64,000 bases of DNA from positions 788-64,787 of the forward strand of contig JAQCJL010000001.1 of assembly GCA_027593125.1 (NCBI GenBank). The letters run 5' to 3'. The notes under the pieces were generated by a model that saw only the letters and a program-made list of their open reading frames with translations, was not told where the DNA came from and ran no database searches. This document shows, piece after piece, positions 1 through 9,611 of the stretch (position 1 is the first letter of the stretch; every line of letters begins with the position of its first letter). Source of the stretch: Pseudomonadota bacterium (GTDB lineage Bacteria > Pseudomonadota > Alphaproteobacteria > Puniceispirillales > UBA1172). Made by a program: the position numbers and the translations under genes.

Positions 1-231
1 AAAATACGGTTTCACCGCCTCAACCGTGGTTTGCTGAAGCATAATTTCAGATAGCCACACATGATAAGGATCCGCCCATTCCCCTGGTGGCATACGCCAT
101 GGCAGATGCCTGCGGTTTTGGTCATACCAATCCAATACCGCTTGGCTTGCCTCATCTTTGTTAAGGCTGTGATTCGCCTTAGCAGAGGGCATTTTTCCAG
201 TTGGGTGTTTTTCTTTGCTGTGATCAGGCAT
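1..231 (-). CDS. mutY: A/G-specific adenine glycosylase MutY, N-terminal 77 codons. The gene continues beyond the window edge.
   Basis: My own translation of the minus strand from the ATG at 231 gives [77 protein letters not shown]. This contains the MutY/Nth N-terminal signature LxWYxxNxRxLPWR...[15 protein letters not shown]. The ORF is absent from the track because it runs off the edge. Confidence 0.75.
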   Translation of the reverse strand, partial: MPDHSKEKHPTGKMPSAKANHSLNKDEASQAVLDWYDQNRRHLPWRMPPGEWADPYHVWLSEIMLQQTTVEAVKPYF

Positions 232-252
232 GAACTCTGTATAATTGCCGAC

Positions 253-759
253 ATGACCTCAGGCAATGACAATCGGCTTCGCCGCAACACCAGATTAAGT
301 CAGCTAACAGACCATATCCTTGGCCCTGTTCTGCGCAAGCAAGGCAAAACGTTTCAGGACATAGCCAAACACTGGACTTACATTGGCGGCAAAGCAGCTG
401 AATGGTCTTTGCCACTTGCGGTGACTTATCCGGATACTGAAGACGGTCAGGCCACATTGACGGTGGCGGTGTCCTCTGCCAGAGCACCTGAAATCCAAAT
501 GCTCATTCCTGAATTGATTGAGCGAGCGAACTCCTGTTTCGGGTATCTGGCGATTGGCCGCATCCGCATAGATCAATCCAGCGCACAAATAGCTAAACCT
601 TCTGCCTTGGCAAAACCCATTCCACCTGCACAATGGGAAATAGCAGAAGAAGACAAAACCGCTATGGCAAAGCTGATTAATGATATCAAAGACCCTGATC
701 TGCGGCAGGCACTAGATGCCATTCTTTCTGCCAGAGATCATGCCACAAAAACACCATAG
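253..759 (+). CDS. DUF721 (DciA-family) protein.
   Basis: Track ORF 61..759 trimmed to the internal ATG at 253 ([12 protein letters not shown]...). The core [40 protein letters not shown]...[27 protein letters not shown] matches the DUF721 pattern. It is divergent from mutY, as in many alphaproteobacteria. Confidence 0.6.
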   Translation: MTSGNDNRLRRNTRLSQLTDHILGPVLRKQGKTFQDIAKHWTYIGGKAAEWSLPLAVTYPDTEDGQATLTVAVSSARAPEIQMLIPELIERANSCFGYLAIGRIRIDQSSAQIAKPSALAKPIPPAQWEIAEEDKTAMAKLINDIKDPDLRQALDAILSARDHATKTP

Positions 760-800
760 ACTGATGCTATAGCTTGGCTTATGATGAAGTTATAAAGGCT

Positions 801-824
801 AAAACCACAGGATGTTGTGGTTTT
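801..824 (+). terminator. Hairpin after the DUF721 gene, a possible weak intrinsic terminator.
   Basis: AAAACCACA (801-809) pairs with TGTGGTTTT (816-824), a perfect 9 bp stem with a 6 nt loop. The T-run is part of the stem only, so terminator function is uncertain. Confidence 0.3.
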
Positions 825-887
825 ACCGATATTCGGAAAATCTCAATGCATCGCACAAGTGATGCGGTGCCAAAGAAAGTGTGAATT

Positions 888-1544
888 ATGCCTAAACTAA
901 TAACAGAACGCCGTCATTTTTTGCGCCAAGTTATGTCTACTGGTGCGGTTTCTGTTATGGCGCCATTGCTGGCCTCACCTTTCATCAGCACGCGGGCTAT
1001 GGCGGCAGATCTTGATCTTGAAAAAGCGCTGTCTCCGCGCATATTCGGAAATGCAGACGCCCCTATCCATGTGGTCGAATATTTTTCAATGACATGTGGG
1101 CATTGTGCAAACTTTCATGTGACCACCTACCCTGAGGTGAAGAAGAACTGGATTGATACTGGCAAACTGCGATTCGAATATCGTGATTTTCCTTTGTCTG
1201 AATTAGCGGTTTATGGACATGCTCTGGCTCGAGCTATTCCCGAGGCAGGATATGAAGCAATGTTAGATTTGCTATTGGGCCGGCAAGCTGAATGGGCATC
1301 TGCGCCTCAACCCTTGCTTGCGCTTCAGAAAATGGGCCGCATCGCTGGCATCAATGAGGATGAGTTTACCGCTATGCTAACCAACAGACCTTTTCTTGAA
1401 GGCATTGTTGCGATTGCCCAACAGGGTTATGAAGAATACACGATTGATTCGACCCCGACTTTTGTTATTAACGGAACAGAAGTGGTGAAGGGTTATCAGC
1501 CTTATGAAGAGTTCTCTGCTCTTCTTGCCGCGACCGCAACCTGA
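888..1544 (+). CDS. DsbA-family periplasmic thiol:disulfide oxidoreductase with a Tat-like signal.
   Basis: CGHC active site (FSMTCGHCANFH). N-terminal RRHFLRQVMSTGAVSVMAPLLASPFISTRAMA resembles a twin-arginine signal peptide. Confidence 0.85.
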   Translation: MPKLITERRHFLRQVMSTGAVSVMAPLLASPFISTRAMAADLDLEKALSPRIFGNADAPIHVVEYFSMTCGHCANFHVTTYPEVKKNWIDTGKLRFEYRDFPLSELAVYGHALARAIPEAGYEAMLDLLLGRQAEWASAPQPLLALQKMGRIAGINEDEFTAMLTNRPFLEGIVAIAQQGYEEYTIDSTPTFVINGTEVVKGYQPYEEFSALLAATAT

Positions 1545-1566
1545 TTTAATCGAGGGCATAAGAGCC

Positions 1567-4500
1567 TTGCATTTCACTTACCTTAAGATGACAGGTTTCA
1601 AATCCTTCGCCGAGCCCGAAGAAGTGGCCATCGACGAAGGTTTGTCCGGCATTGTTGGCCCTAACGGATGCGGTAAATCCAACATTGTTGAGGCGATTTC
1701 CTGGCTGATGGGGGAATCTTCTGCCAAATCCATGCGTGGCGGCGAATTAGATGATGTGATTTTTGCCGGAACAGCCCAGCGTCCAGCGCGCAATTTTGCT
1801 GAAGTCACCTTGCATATTGATAACAGCGATAAGTCGATTTCCGGCTATCCCAATGATGACCTGATTGAAGTGACACGTCGTCTTGATCGCGGCAAGGGCA
1901 GCAGTTACCGCATCAATGGCAAGCCCGTAAGAGGCCGCGATGTTCAATTGTTGTTTGCTGATCTTTCCACTGGCGCCCGAAGCCACGGCATCGTCAGCCA
2001 AGGTAAGGTTGGCGCATTAATTAATGCAAAATCAACAGATCGGCGCGGCTTATTAGAAGAAGCCGCAAATACCAAAGGGCTTCAACATCGTCGCCATGAA
2101 GCTAATTTGCGACTCAACACAGCTGAACGAAATCTGACGCGAGTTGATGATGTGATTAGCCAGATGGAAGATCAAAAGGCATCATTGTCCAAGCAAGCGC
2201 GGCAAGCGGCGCGTTATCGGTCTATTGCCGATCGCATCCGTTCAGCCGAAGCCCAGCTTTTTCATACCAAATATCTGATTGAAACCGCTGATGTACAAAC
2301 CGCTCAAGCCAAAGACAGGGAATGGAAACGCGTGGTAGCAGAAGCCACCGCACTTGTCACACAAGCTGAAACAGCGCGCCAGACTGCACGCGATTCTTTA
2401 CCGCCTTTGCGTGAAAAAAACGCCTCTGTGATGGCAGAAAAACAGCGTCTTGATCTAGCGATGGAACAAATTAGCAGCGAAGAAGAGCGGCTGATCCGTC
2501 AGACCACCGAGGCCGAAACTAGAATCGATCAAATCAGCACCGATATGGAACGCGAAAAACAGCTTCAGAGCGATGCTAGCGCGGCACTTGCCCAGCTGAA
2601 AGATGATGAGGCCCAGCTCATCGCTTCAGAAAATGATGATGAGCCTCAATTGCAAGCCGCCCAAGAAGAACGCATCAAAGCGCGTGAGGCGGCCAGTGAA
2701 TTAGAAACAGCTTTAGCGGATATCACCGCTCGTTTTCACGCCGCTGAACGCGATCAGACCAGCCTTGAACGCCAACGCGATGATCTAAAACGCCGTCTTG
2801 ATGATGTGGAAACACGGCTGGCAGCATTAGACTTAACTGTCCTTCAACAAAGCCAAAGTGAGACCAGCCAAGCCCTCAAAAAGGCTGAACTTGCGGTAGC
2901 CGATGCCACCAGCAAGCGCGAAAAAGCAAGTGGCGAAACAGAAACCATGGCTCAGCAAAGCCAAGCGCTAACCGCCGCCGCCAACACAGCTGAAGCTGAA
3001 GAACGGCGCATGGCAAGCGAGATTGAAGCCTTGTCTTCGCTTCTGATCAATCAAGATGATCAGGAAAATGGCCCTGCCGTTTCAACGATGATCACTATTC
3101 GTGATGGAATGGAGCAGGCGCTTGCCGCCGCCCTATCTGACAGCCTGACTTCACCTGTGGGGGCAGGCAGTGATGGTTTCTGGCGTGAAGATATTGGTGG
3201 TGAAGCAAAAGCCGCCGCTATGACGACACCGCCTAAGGATAGTGTGCCTTTGATCAGCCATATGGATATCCCACCTGTCTTGGCAAGGGCATTGTCAGGG
3301 GTTGGGGTTGTTGATAATGCGGACACCGCCATAAAACTGCAGGCGCATCTAGCCCCTGGTCAAATGCTAACTACCGCCGAAGGTGGGCTTTGGCGTTGGG
3401 ATGGCTATGTGAAGCCTGCCGGATCTGCCGCTAGTGCGGCCCAGAGGCTTCGCCATGAAGCCAGACTAAAAGAGCTAACTGCCCAAAGCGATGAGGTTCA
3501 AAATCGTGCTAAACTTGCTTTGGCTAAAGCCGAGCAAGCCAAAGCTACATTACTACAGTCTGAGCAATATATTCGGACGTTGCGTGAAGAAGAAAAGCTG
3601 GCGCAAAACACTCTGCTTGAGGCCACGAGACAGTTTGAACAAGCTCAAGCGGCTTTGACTTCGGCCAACACCCAAGCCGCTAGTCTGACCACCAGCCAAG
3701 TTGAGATGACCGCCGCGCACGATCAGGTGTTAATCGAATTGGCTGGCCTCTCTTCGCGGGAAGAAATGGCCAAGCAGCTTCATCAATGCCGCGAAGATAC
3801 TGAAGCCGCCAGAACCCGATTAGCAGAAGCCATGAGTGCTGAGAGCTCTATCATGCGTGCAAGAGATCAGCGGCAAGAAAAGCGCCGCCAGATAAACCGC
3901 GATCTGCAAAGCTGGCAACAACGCTATGATGGCACCTTTAATCGTGTCGCGGAATTAACAAACCGGCAAGAACAGCTCATGGCGGAGCTTTCTGATCTTA
4001 AAGCCCAGCCAGATATGCTCATCCAGAAGCGTGAACAGATTGCCGGCGCTATTGCTAACACCGCTACATCCGTTCGTGATGCGGGTGACGAATTGGCGTC
4101 TGCAGAAACGGTTCTGTCTGAAACTGAAGCCACCCACCGAAAATTAGAAGCTGAATTAATCCAGTCTCGCGAAGCTATGATCAGGCAAGAAGGTGAAATG
4201 GCCGTTGTCGAACGTGCCCTTCAGGACACTATTGCCCGTATCCGAGAAAAATTAAGCATTAACCCTGATCAATTGTCTGACATTACAGGCATCACTGATA
4301 CGCATGCGGATGAGGATCATGCGACTGTTCCAAATCGCAGTGAACTAGAGGCCTTAGAATCGCGCGTGGAACGATTGCTGCGTGAACGTGACAATATCGG
4401 TCCGGTTAACCTGCGTGCTGAAATGGAAATGGCCGAAGTCGAAGAACGCATGACTAGCCTGACAACGGAGCGCGATGATCTGATTAATGGCATCAAAAAA

Positions 4501-5022
4501 CTTCGCGATGCTATCCATCAGCTTAATCGCGAAGGCCGTGAAAGGCTTTTGCGCAGTTTTGCCGATGTGAATAAGCATTTTGGCGAGCTATTTACGACAT
4601 TATTCAATGGGGGTTCTGCAGAACTGGTTTTAACAGATGATGATGATCCGCTTGAAGCTGGGCTTGATATCATGGCCAGCCCACCAGGAAAGAAATTGCA
4701 ATCTTTGTCTCTGTTATCAGGCGGTGAACAAGCCCTGACTGCACTAGCACTGATTTTTGCGGTATTTCTGACGAATCCTGCCCCAATATGTATTCTGGAT
4801 GAGGTCGACGCACCGCTGGATGATCGCAATGTGGCCCGGTTCTGCGGTATGATTGAGCAAATTGCCCGAGAAACTGGCACCCGATTTATCGTTGTCACGC
4901 ATCACCGCCTGACCATGGCACAGATGGATCGTCTTTTTGGTGTGACCATGGAACAAAGAGGCATTAGCCAGATTGTGTCTGTTGATCTGCAAACGGCTGA
5001 AAAATATAAAGAATCCGCCTAA
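1567..5022 (+). CDS. smc: Chromosome partition protein SMC.
   Basis: Walker A GPNGCGKSNIVEAI, long coiled coils, hinge, C-terminal LSGGEQALTALALIFA and Walker B ILDEVDAPLD. The track ORF starts at 1504, overlapping dsbA. I prefer the TTG at 1567 ((M)HFTYLKMTGFKSF, the typical SMC N-terminus), with GAGGG 10 nt upstream. ATG 1588 is an alternative. Confidence 0.9.
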   Translation: MHFTYLKMTGFKSFAEPEEVAIDEGLSGIVGPNGCGKSNIVEAISWLMGESSAKSMRGGELDDVIFAGTAQRPARNFAEVTLHIDNSDKSISGYPNDDLIEVTRRLDRGKGSSYRINGKPVRGRDVQLLFADLSTGARSHGIVSQGKVGALINAKSTDRRGLLEEAANTKGLQHRRHEANLRLNTAERNLTRVDDVISQMEDQKASLSKQARQAARYRSIADRIRSAEAQLFHTKYLIETADVQTAQAKDREWKRVVAEATALVTQAETARQTARDSLPPLREKNASVMAEKQRLDLAMEQISSEEERLIRQTTEAETRIDQISTDMEREKQLQSDASAALAQLKDDEAQLIASENDDEPQLQAAQEERIKAREAASELETALADITARFHAAERDQTSLERQRDDLKRRLDDVETRLAALDLTVLQQSQSETSQALKKAELAVADATSKREKASGETETMAQQSQALTAAANTAEAEERRMASEIEALSSLLINQDDQENGPAVSTMITIRDGMEQALAAALSDSLTSPVGAGSDGFWREDIGGEAKAAAMTTPPKDSVPLISHMDIPPVLARALSGVGVVDNADTAIKLQAHLAPGQMLTTAEGGLWRWDGYVKPAGSAASAAQRLRHEARLKELTAQSDEVQNRAKLALAKAEQAKATLLQSEQYIRTLREEEKLAQNTLLEATRQFEQAQAALTSANTQAASLTTSQVEMTAAHDQVLIELAGLSSREEMAKQLHQCREDTEAARTRLAEAMSAESSIMRARDQRQEKRRQINRDLQSWQQRYDGTFNRVAELTNRQEQLMAELSDLKAQPDMLIQKREQIAGAIANTATSVRDAGDELASAETVLSETEATHRKLEAELIQSREAMIRQEGEMAVVERALQDTIARIREKLSINPDQLSDITGITDTHADEDHATVPNRSELEALESRVERLLRERDNIGPVNLRAEMEMAEVEERMTSLTTERDDLINGIKKLRDAIHQLNREGRERLLRSFADVNKHFGELFTTLFNGGSAELVLTDDDDPLEAGLDIMASPPGKKLQSLSLLSGGEQALTALALIFAVFLTNPAPICILDEVDAPLDDRNVARFCGMIEQIARETGTRFIVVTHHRLTMAQMDRLFGVTMEQRGISQIVSVDLQTAEKYKESA

Positions 5023-5091
5023 TTCCCCTAGCATGGGACTTTTTGCCCCAGTTTCTGTCCAAAGAAGGCCCAAAAGACGGCGCATGATCAC

Positions 5092-5120
5092 TTGACATAA
5101 TGGTGATGGAATCATACTTT
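5092..5120 (+). promoter_or_regulatory. Candidate sigma70-type promoter for the atp F0 operon.
   Basis: TTGACA (5092-5097), a 17 nt spacer, then TACTTT (5115-5120), about 75 nt upstream of the atpI ATG. Sequence match only. Confidence 0.35.
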
Positions 5121-5193
5121 GCAAACGCAAATTGTGAATGCAGGTCAAGGCTTGATGAAGCATTCGCACGATTTCGTTTTTTTGAGAAAGGAT

Positions 5194-5604
5194 ATGAATA
5201 TCGTCTCTGACAAAGCCAAGCCTGATAAACAGGGTAAGCGTGAACATGGCAAAACGGACGTGGACTTAAAAACACGGATCGCTAAAGCCGAACATGATTT
5301 TACCAATCCGGCAAAAGGCAAGCGTTCGAGAGCGGAATTACCAGCTGATGCCTTAGCACTAGTTGGAAGAATAGCAACAGAACTGGTCGCCGGAACCGTA
5401 GTGGGAACATTTATCGGATGGCTTCTGGATCAATGGCTAGGCACAATTCCGCTTTTTATGGTGATCCTGTTTTTTTTAGGAACACTAGCAGGGATGATGA
5501 ATATCTGGAGAATGGCTACTGGCCAAGGGTTAAAACTGGGGTATTTGGAAAACAAACAATCCGATGATCAGAAATCTGAAACAGATGATGATAAAAAGGG
5601 TTGA
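5194..5604 (+). CDS. atpI: ATP synthase protein I (AtpI-like).
   Basis: Position immediately upstream of atpB. Two C-terminal TM helices (LVAGTVVGTFIGWLLDQWLGTIPLFMVILFFLGTLAGMMNIW). Trimmed to ATG 5194. Confidence 0.7.
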   Translation: MNIVSDKAKPDKQGKREHGKTDVDLKTRIAKAEHDFTNPAKGKRSRAELPADALALVGRIATELVAGTVVGTFIGWLLDQWLGTIPLFMVILFFLGTLAGMMNIWRMATGQGLKLGYLENKQSDDQKSETDDDKKG

Positions 5605-5636
5605 TATTCCATTGATAAGGATCACGAGGACACATC

Positions 5637-6380
5637 ATGCATTCACCGGTTGAGCAATTTACGATCAAGGCACTCTTACACCTTGAGCTGTTTGGCTATG
5701 ATATCTCATTCTCCAATTCCGCTTTGTTTATGATTCTCACGGTCTTGCTTAGCACGATATTTTTGACCTTTGCCATGCGTGGGCGTCAAATGGTTCCTGG
5801 CCGGATGCAAGCGTCAGCTGAAATGATGTATGAGTTCATCTCAGACATGGTTAGCAGCAATGTAGGGAATGCTGGGCGGCCTTATTTCCCCTTTATTTTT
5901 ACGCTATTTGTGTTTCTTTTATTTGGTAATATGCTTGGGTTAATCCCTTATTCCTATACCTTTACCAGCCAGATCGTAGTGACATTTGTTTTAGCGGCAT
6001 TTATTTTTATCGGCGTCACACTGATTGCTATTTTTAAGCATGGCTTTCATTTCTTATCCTTCTTTGTGCCCCCTGGCGCACCTAAGGTTCTGATACCATT
6101 TCTGATTGTTATTGAGGTGGTTTCCTATTTTGTGCGCCCAGTAAGCCTTTCTGTGCGACTCTTTGCCAATATGCTCGCAGGCCACACGATGCTCAAGGTG
6201 TTTGCTGGTCTTGCTGTGATGATCACTGGTGCTGGCGGTGTTTATGCACCAGGGGCAATTTTACCATTTCTGGCTTTGGTAGGCTTGACTGGACTTGAAG
6301 TTCTGGTCGCCGCCCTTCAGGCCTATGTGTTTACGATTCTTACCTGCATGTATCTGAATGATGCCATCCATCTTCATTAA
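5637..6380 (+). CDS. atpB: F0F1 ATP synthase subunit a.
   Basis: Polytopic membrane protein with the conserved RLFANMLAGH motif. Confidence 0.95.
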   Translation: MHSPVEQFTIKALLHLELFGYDISFSNSALFMILTVLLSTIFLTFAMRGRQMVPGRMQASAEMMYEFISDMVSSNVGNAGRPYFPFIFTLFVFLLFGNMLGLIPYSYTFTSQIVVTFVLAAFIFIGVTLIAIFKHGFHFLSFFVPPGAPKVLIPFLIVIEVVSYFVRPVSLSVRLFANMLAGHTMLKVFAGLAVMITGAGGVYAPGAILPFLALVGLTGLEVLVAALQAYVFTILTCMYLNDAIHLH

Positions 6381-6457
6381 GATCATGTGTTTTCAAATTC
6401 CGTTGGAAGGCGGAACTTTAACCACTCAACAATCATAAGTAACGGAAGGAAAGATCC

Positions 6458-6685
6458 ATGGAAGCTGAAGCAGCAAAACTTATCGGTGCCGGAATTGCCG
6501 TTCTCCCACTTTTGGGCGTAGGTATTGGTATTGGGAACATCTTCTCATCATTGGTTAACTCAATTGCTCGTAACCCATCCGCACGTAACGACGTGTTTGG
6601 TATTGGTATTCTGGGCTTTGCCTTGACCGAAGCCATCGCGCTTTTCGCGCTGGTTGTTGCCCTTTTGCTCCTGTTCGTATTTTAA
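6458..6685 (+). CDS. atpE: F0F1 ATP synthase subunit c.
   Basis: 75 aa hairpin proteolipid with the ARNP loop and [11 protein letters not shown] (carboxylate E). Strong AAGGAAAG RBS. Confidence 0.95.
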   Translation: MEAEAAKLIGAGIAVLPLLGVGIGIGNIFSSLVNSIARNPSARNDVFGIGILGFALTEAIALFALVVALLLLFVF

Positions 6686-6737
6686 TTCCGAACAAAAGCA
6701 AAAGACACCACGAGGCCTTAGATCAGGGATTCGCGCC

Positions 6738-7361
6738 ATGAAGCCAAATGCTTGGACAGAATCACGTCACCTTAAATCTTGCTTTTCCGGTATTACCGCC
6801 GCTGGATTGGTCATTGCTATGACCCAATCAGTGATGGCAGCATCTGAAAAAGGTGAGGAAAGTGGCGGCCTGCCACAGTTGGATTTCTCAACATGGCCAA
6901 CCCAGATCTTTTGGCTAGTGGTTAGCTTTGCGCTAGCCTACCTCTTGATGTGGCGCATTGTCGTGCCACGCATTGGCTCTGTTCTAGAAGAGCGTCATAA
7001 CCGGATTGAAGATGATCTTCGCCGGGCAAGACAAGCTTCAGATGATGCAGAAGAGGCGAGAGAAGCGTTTGAAAAGATGCTTGCCGATGCGCGTAACAAC
7101 GGCAATGAAATGACTCGTAAAGCGACCGAAAGCATCATGTCAAAAATGGAGCGAAAGGTTGCCACTGCGAATGCTAGCCTAGCAAAGAAAATGTCTGAGG
7201 CTGAGGCAGAAATCGCAAAGGCTCGTACTGACGCGCTAAAAGAAGTATCAGATATTGCCAGCACATCTGCGATGGATGTTGTGGCACAGTTGACTGGTAT
7301 GAAGGTTGGAAAAACCGATGCCAAGAGATTGGTAAAACAAGCAGAAAAAGCCACAATTTAG
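6738..7361 (+). CDS. atpF2: F0F1 ATP synthase subunit b' (second b-type subunit).
   Basis: Trimmed to ATG 6738. One TM (IFWLVVSFALAYLLMW) followed by a long charged helix. It sits between atpE and atpF, as in alphaproteobacteria. Confidence 0.8.
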   Translation: MKPNAWTESRHLKSCFSGITAAGLVIAMTQSVMAASEKGEESGGLPQLDFSTWPTQIFWLVVSFALAYLLMWRIVVPRIGSVLEERHNRIEDDLRRARQASDDAEEAREAFEKMLADARNNGNEMTRKATESIMSKMERKVATANASLAKKMSEAEAEIAKARTDALKEVSDIASTSAMDVVAQLTGMKVGKTDAKRLVKQAEKATI

Positions 7362-7398
7362 TGGCTTTATGTTGATTTTTTAACTGGAGGACGCTGAT

Positions 7399-7899
7399 AT
7401 GGCGGCAGGACCTGGTGGACCATTGATTAATGAAAGCCTATGGGTAGCGCTTTCTTTTGGTGTGTTCGTGGCACTGGTTTGGAAAAAAGCGGGATCAGCC
7501 ATCTCTGCCGCGCTGGATAAGCGCAGCGAAGACATCCGCAACAATCTAGATGAAGCCAAAACCCTGCGTGAAGAAGCGCAAAACGAGCTTCAGAAATACC
7601 AGCGTCTACAACGCGAGGCCACGGATCAAGCAAAAGAGATTATTGCTAATGCTGAAAAGGCTGCTTTGCAAATTGAAGAAGCCGCGAAGAAAAATGCAGA
7701 AGCTTCAATCAAACGCCGCAAGGATCAGGCTGAAGCCAAAATTAAAGCCCTAGAAGCGGAAGCTACCCAAGATATTCGCAACAGAGCCGCACAATTGGCT
7801 ACGGCCGCCGCTGCTGATTTGATTCGTGAAAATATGGATCAAGTCGCCGCAAATAACCTTCTCAAAGCGGATATTGAAGCGATTAAATCTATCAACTAA
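7399..7899 (+). CDS. atpF: F0F1 ATP synthase subunit b.
   Basis: N-terminal TM (WVALSFGVFVALVW) plus an A/E/K-rich helical stalk. Last gene of the F0 cluster. Confidence 0.8.
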   Translation: MAAGPGGPLINESLWVALSFGVFVALVWKKAGSAISAALDKRSEDIRNNLDEAKTLREEAQNELQKYQRLQREATDQAKEIIANAEKAALQIEEAAKKNAEASIKRRKDQAEAKIKALEAEATQDIRNRAAQLATAAAADLIRENMDQVAANNLLKADIEAIKSIN

Positions 7900-7985
7900 A
7901 CCCGCCTGCTACCATAGGCAGCTGTGATTGCCGCCACATGGCAAGTCTAGGCCTAGGTTTCAAGATCATATCATACACAGGTATT

Positions 7986-8013
7986 GGCAGGGTGCTTTCG
8001 CCCTGCCTTTTTT
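7986..8013 (+). terminator. Rho-independent terminator of the atp F0 operon.
   Basis: GGCAGGG (7986-7992), an 8 nt loop, CCCTGCC (8001-8007), followed by TTTTTT (8008-8013). Confidence 0.65.
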
Positions 8014-8031
8014 ATGCTGTTTATGAAGGCC

Positions 8032-8550
8032 TTATTGCGCGGCCCGGCCAAGCCCTAAAAGCACACGGTGCCCATCAGGAACATCCAGATTGAAATCAAA
8101 GGTTGGGAAAGAGCGATCAAGGCCACTGCTAAAGAACACTTCCTCAGTAATGACCTTGCGCGTTGTCACTTGATCATCAGAGTCAATAATCGCCGCAGTC
8201 AAATGCACGTCTACCGCTTCGATATTCGCCCCTGTCCGCATATCCCGTTCCATAAGCAAATGCACCGTAATATCTGTATCCGTATAGCCTGATTTTTGGA
8301 CACATTGACCATAAGTGCCATTAAACCGTATTGAGGCGATTTGGCCTAAGTTCTGGCCTTTGGCAAAAGTCTGCTCACCCCCAAGCGCTGCCGTAATTGA
8401 TGGGCATTCTGAATATTCCGGCTCAAATGCTGAACATCCCGCTAGGCTAAGGGCAACGCCAAGCATCACCACAGGCGAAAGGAAAGAAACTGGCTTTAGG
8501 CAATGGCCAAAGCGCGCCCAAGGTTTTGAAATTTTCATATCTTTAGTCAT
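8032..8550 (-). CDS. Hypothetical lipoprotein.
   Basis: Lipobox LSLAGC after a hydrophobic signal (VSFLSPVVMLGVALSLAGCSAF). I recognise no family motif. Confidence 0.5.
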   Translation of the reverse strand: MTKDMKISKPWARFGHCLKPVSFLSPVVMLGVALSLAGCSAFEPEYSECPSITAALGGEQTFAKGQNLGQIASIRFNGTYGQCVQKSGYTDTDITVHLLMERDMRTGANIEAVDVHLTAAIIDSDDQVTTRKVITEEVFFSSGLDRSFPTFDFNLDVPDGHRVLLGLGRAAQ

Positions 8551-8644
8551 TCTTGTCGCCTTTTTGCATTAGATATATGCACTATACGCCTTTATGGGTT
8601 TGTTTCAAGTTGACCGTAGCGCCATCTTCTAGCAAAACAGTAGC

Positions 8645-9604
8645 ATGACAAATTCCACAGCGAAACATGAGCAGAAAACAATTATCCTTGCCGAACCCCG
8701 GGGGTTTTGTGCTGGCGTTGATCGGGCTGTTCGCATTGTTGAAGAAGCTTTGAGAAAATTTGGTGCCCCTGTCTATGTCAGACATGAAATTGTCCATAAC
8801 AAACATGTTGTGAATCGTCTGGCCGCGATGGGTGCTATCTTTGTCGAAGAGCTAGATGATATCCCCAATGGTAAGCCCGTTGTGTTTTCCGCCCATGGGG
8901 TTGCTAAATCTGTTGTGGCAGAGGCTGAACGGAGAGACATGATATCTGTTGATGCTACCTGTCCCTTGGTTACAAAAGTTCATGTTGAGGCTAGCCGTCA
9001 TTATAAACATGGCGCTCATATCTTGCTGATTGGTCATGCTGGTCATCCCGAAGTCGAAGGTACTATGGGGCAAGTCGAGGACGGCGGTATGACGCTTGTT
9101 GAAACGGCTGAAGATGCTATGACAGTTACCCCCCCTGACAGTGATCACCTTGCTTATGCTACCCAAACCACTTTATCTGTTGATGATACCAAAGAGATCA
9201 TTTCCATCCTCAAGAATCGCTTTCCCCATATCAACGGGCCAAGGGGCGAGGATATTTGTTACGCGACCACAAATCGCCAACAGGCAGTGAAAGACATTGC
9301 CCCAATGGCAGATCTTTTGCTGGTGATCGGGGCAGAAAACTCATCGAATTCGAAACGTCTGGTTGAAGTTGGAAAAATCGCTGGGGTTCGTGAAGCTATG
9401 CTGATCGCAGGGGCTGAGGCTATTGACTGGTCTTATGTTGCCGATGCAGAACGAATTGGCATTACGGCAGGAGCATCCGCCCCAGAGGAGCTAGTTGAGG
9501 ATGTGATCGCCGCAATTGCTGATCGTTATGACATCATCGTAAACCGGCACATTACCGCCACTGAAACGATAGCTTTTAATCTGCCCCCTATTCTTCGACA
9601 TTGA
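8645..9604 (+). CDS. ispH: 4-hydroxy-3-methylbut-2-enyl diphosphate reductase.
   Basis: N-terminal [18 protein letters not shown], and conserved Cys ligands ([19 protein letters not shown]). Confidence 0.95.
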   Translation: MTNSTAKHEQKTIILAEPRGFCAGVDRAVRIVEEALRKFGAPVYVRHEIVHNKHVVNRLAAMGAIFVEELDDIPNGKPVVFSAHGVAKSVVAEAERRDMISVDATCPLVTKVHVEASRHYKHGAHILLIGHAGHPEVEGTMGQVEDGGMTLVETAEDAMTVTPPDSDHLAYATQTTLSVDDTKEIISILKNRFPHINGPRGEDICYATTNRQQAVKDIAPMADLLLVIGAENSSNSKRLVEVGKIAGVREAMLIAGAEAIDWSYVADAERIGITAGASAPEELVEDVIAAIADRYDIIVNRHITATETIAFNLPPILRH

Positions 9605-9611
9605 GGGCGTT

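Noticed and set aside
1504-1566. N-terminal extensions in track ORFs. Examples are smc from 1504, atpF' from 6654, surf1 from 17728, coq7 from 54058, moaA from TTG 57223, hyuA from TTG 59992 and the msbA-like gene from 34556.
   Set aside because: The extensions overlap upstream genes or add non-conserved residues ahead of canonical family N-termini. I trimmed each to the internal start that best matches the family. Residual start uncertainty is noted per feature.
4744-5247. A 167-aa minus-strand ORF (and 4964-5275) covering the smc 3' end and the atpI upstream region.
   Set aside because: It is antisense to the conserved SMC C-terminal ATPase motifs. It has no family signature and crosses a likely promoter region.
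6398-6415. A hairpin TTCCG-N8-CGGAA between atpB and atpE as a processing or stability element.
   Set aside because: The stem is only 5 bp with an 8-nt loop, too weak to support without covariation or transcript data.
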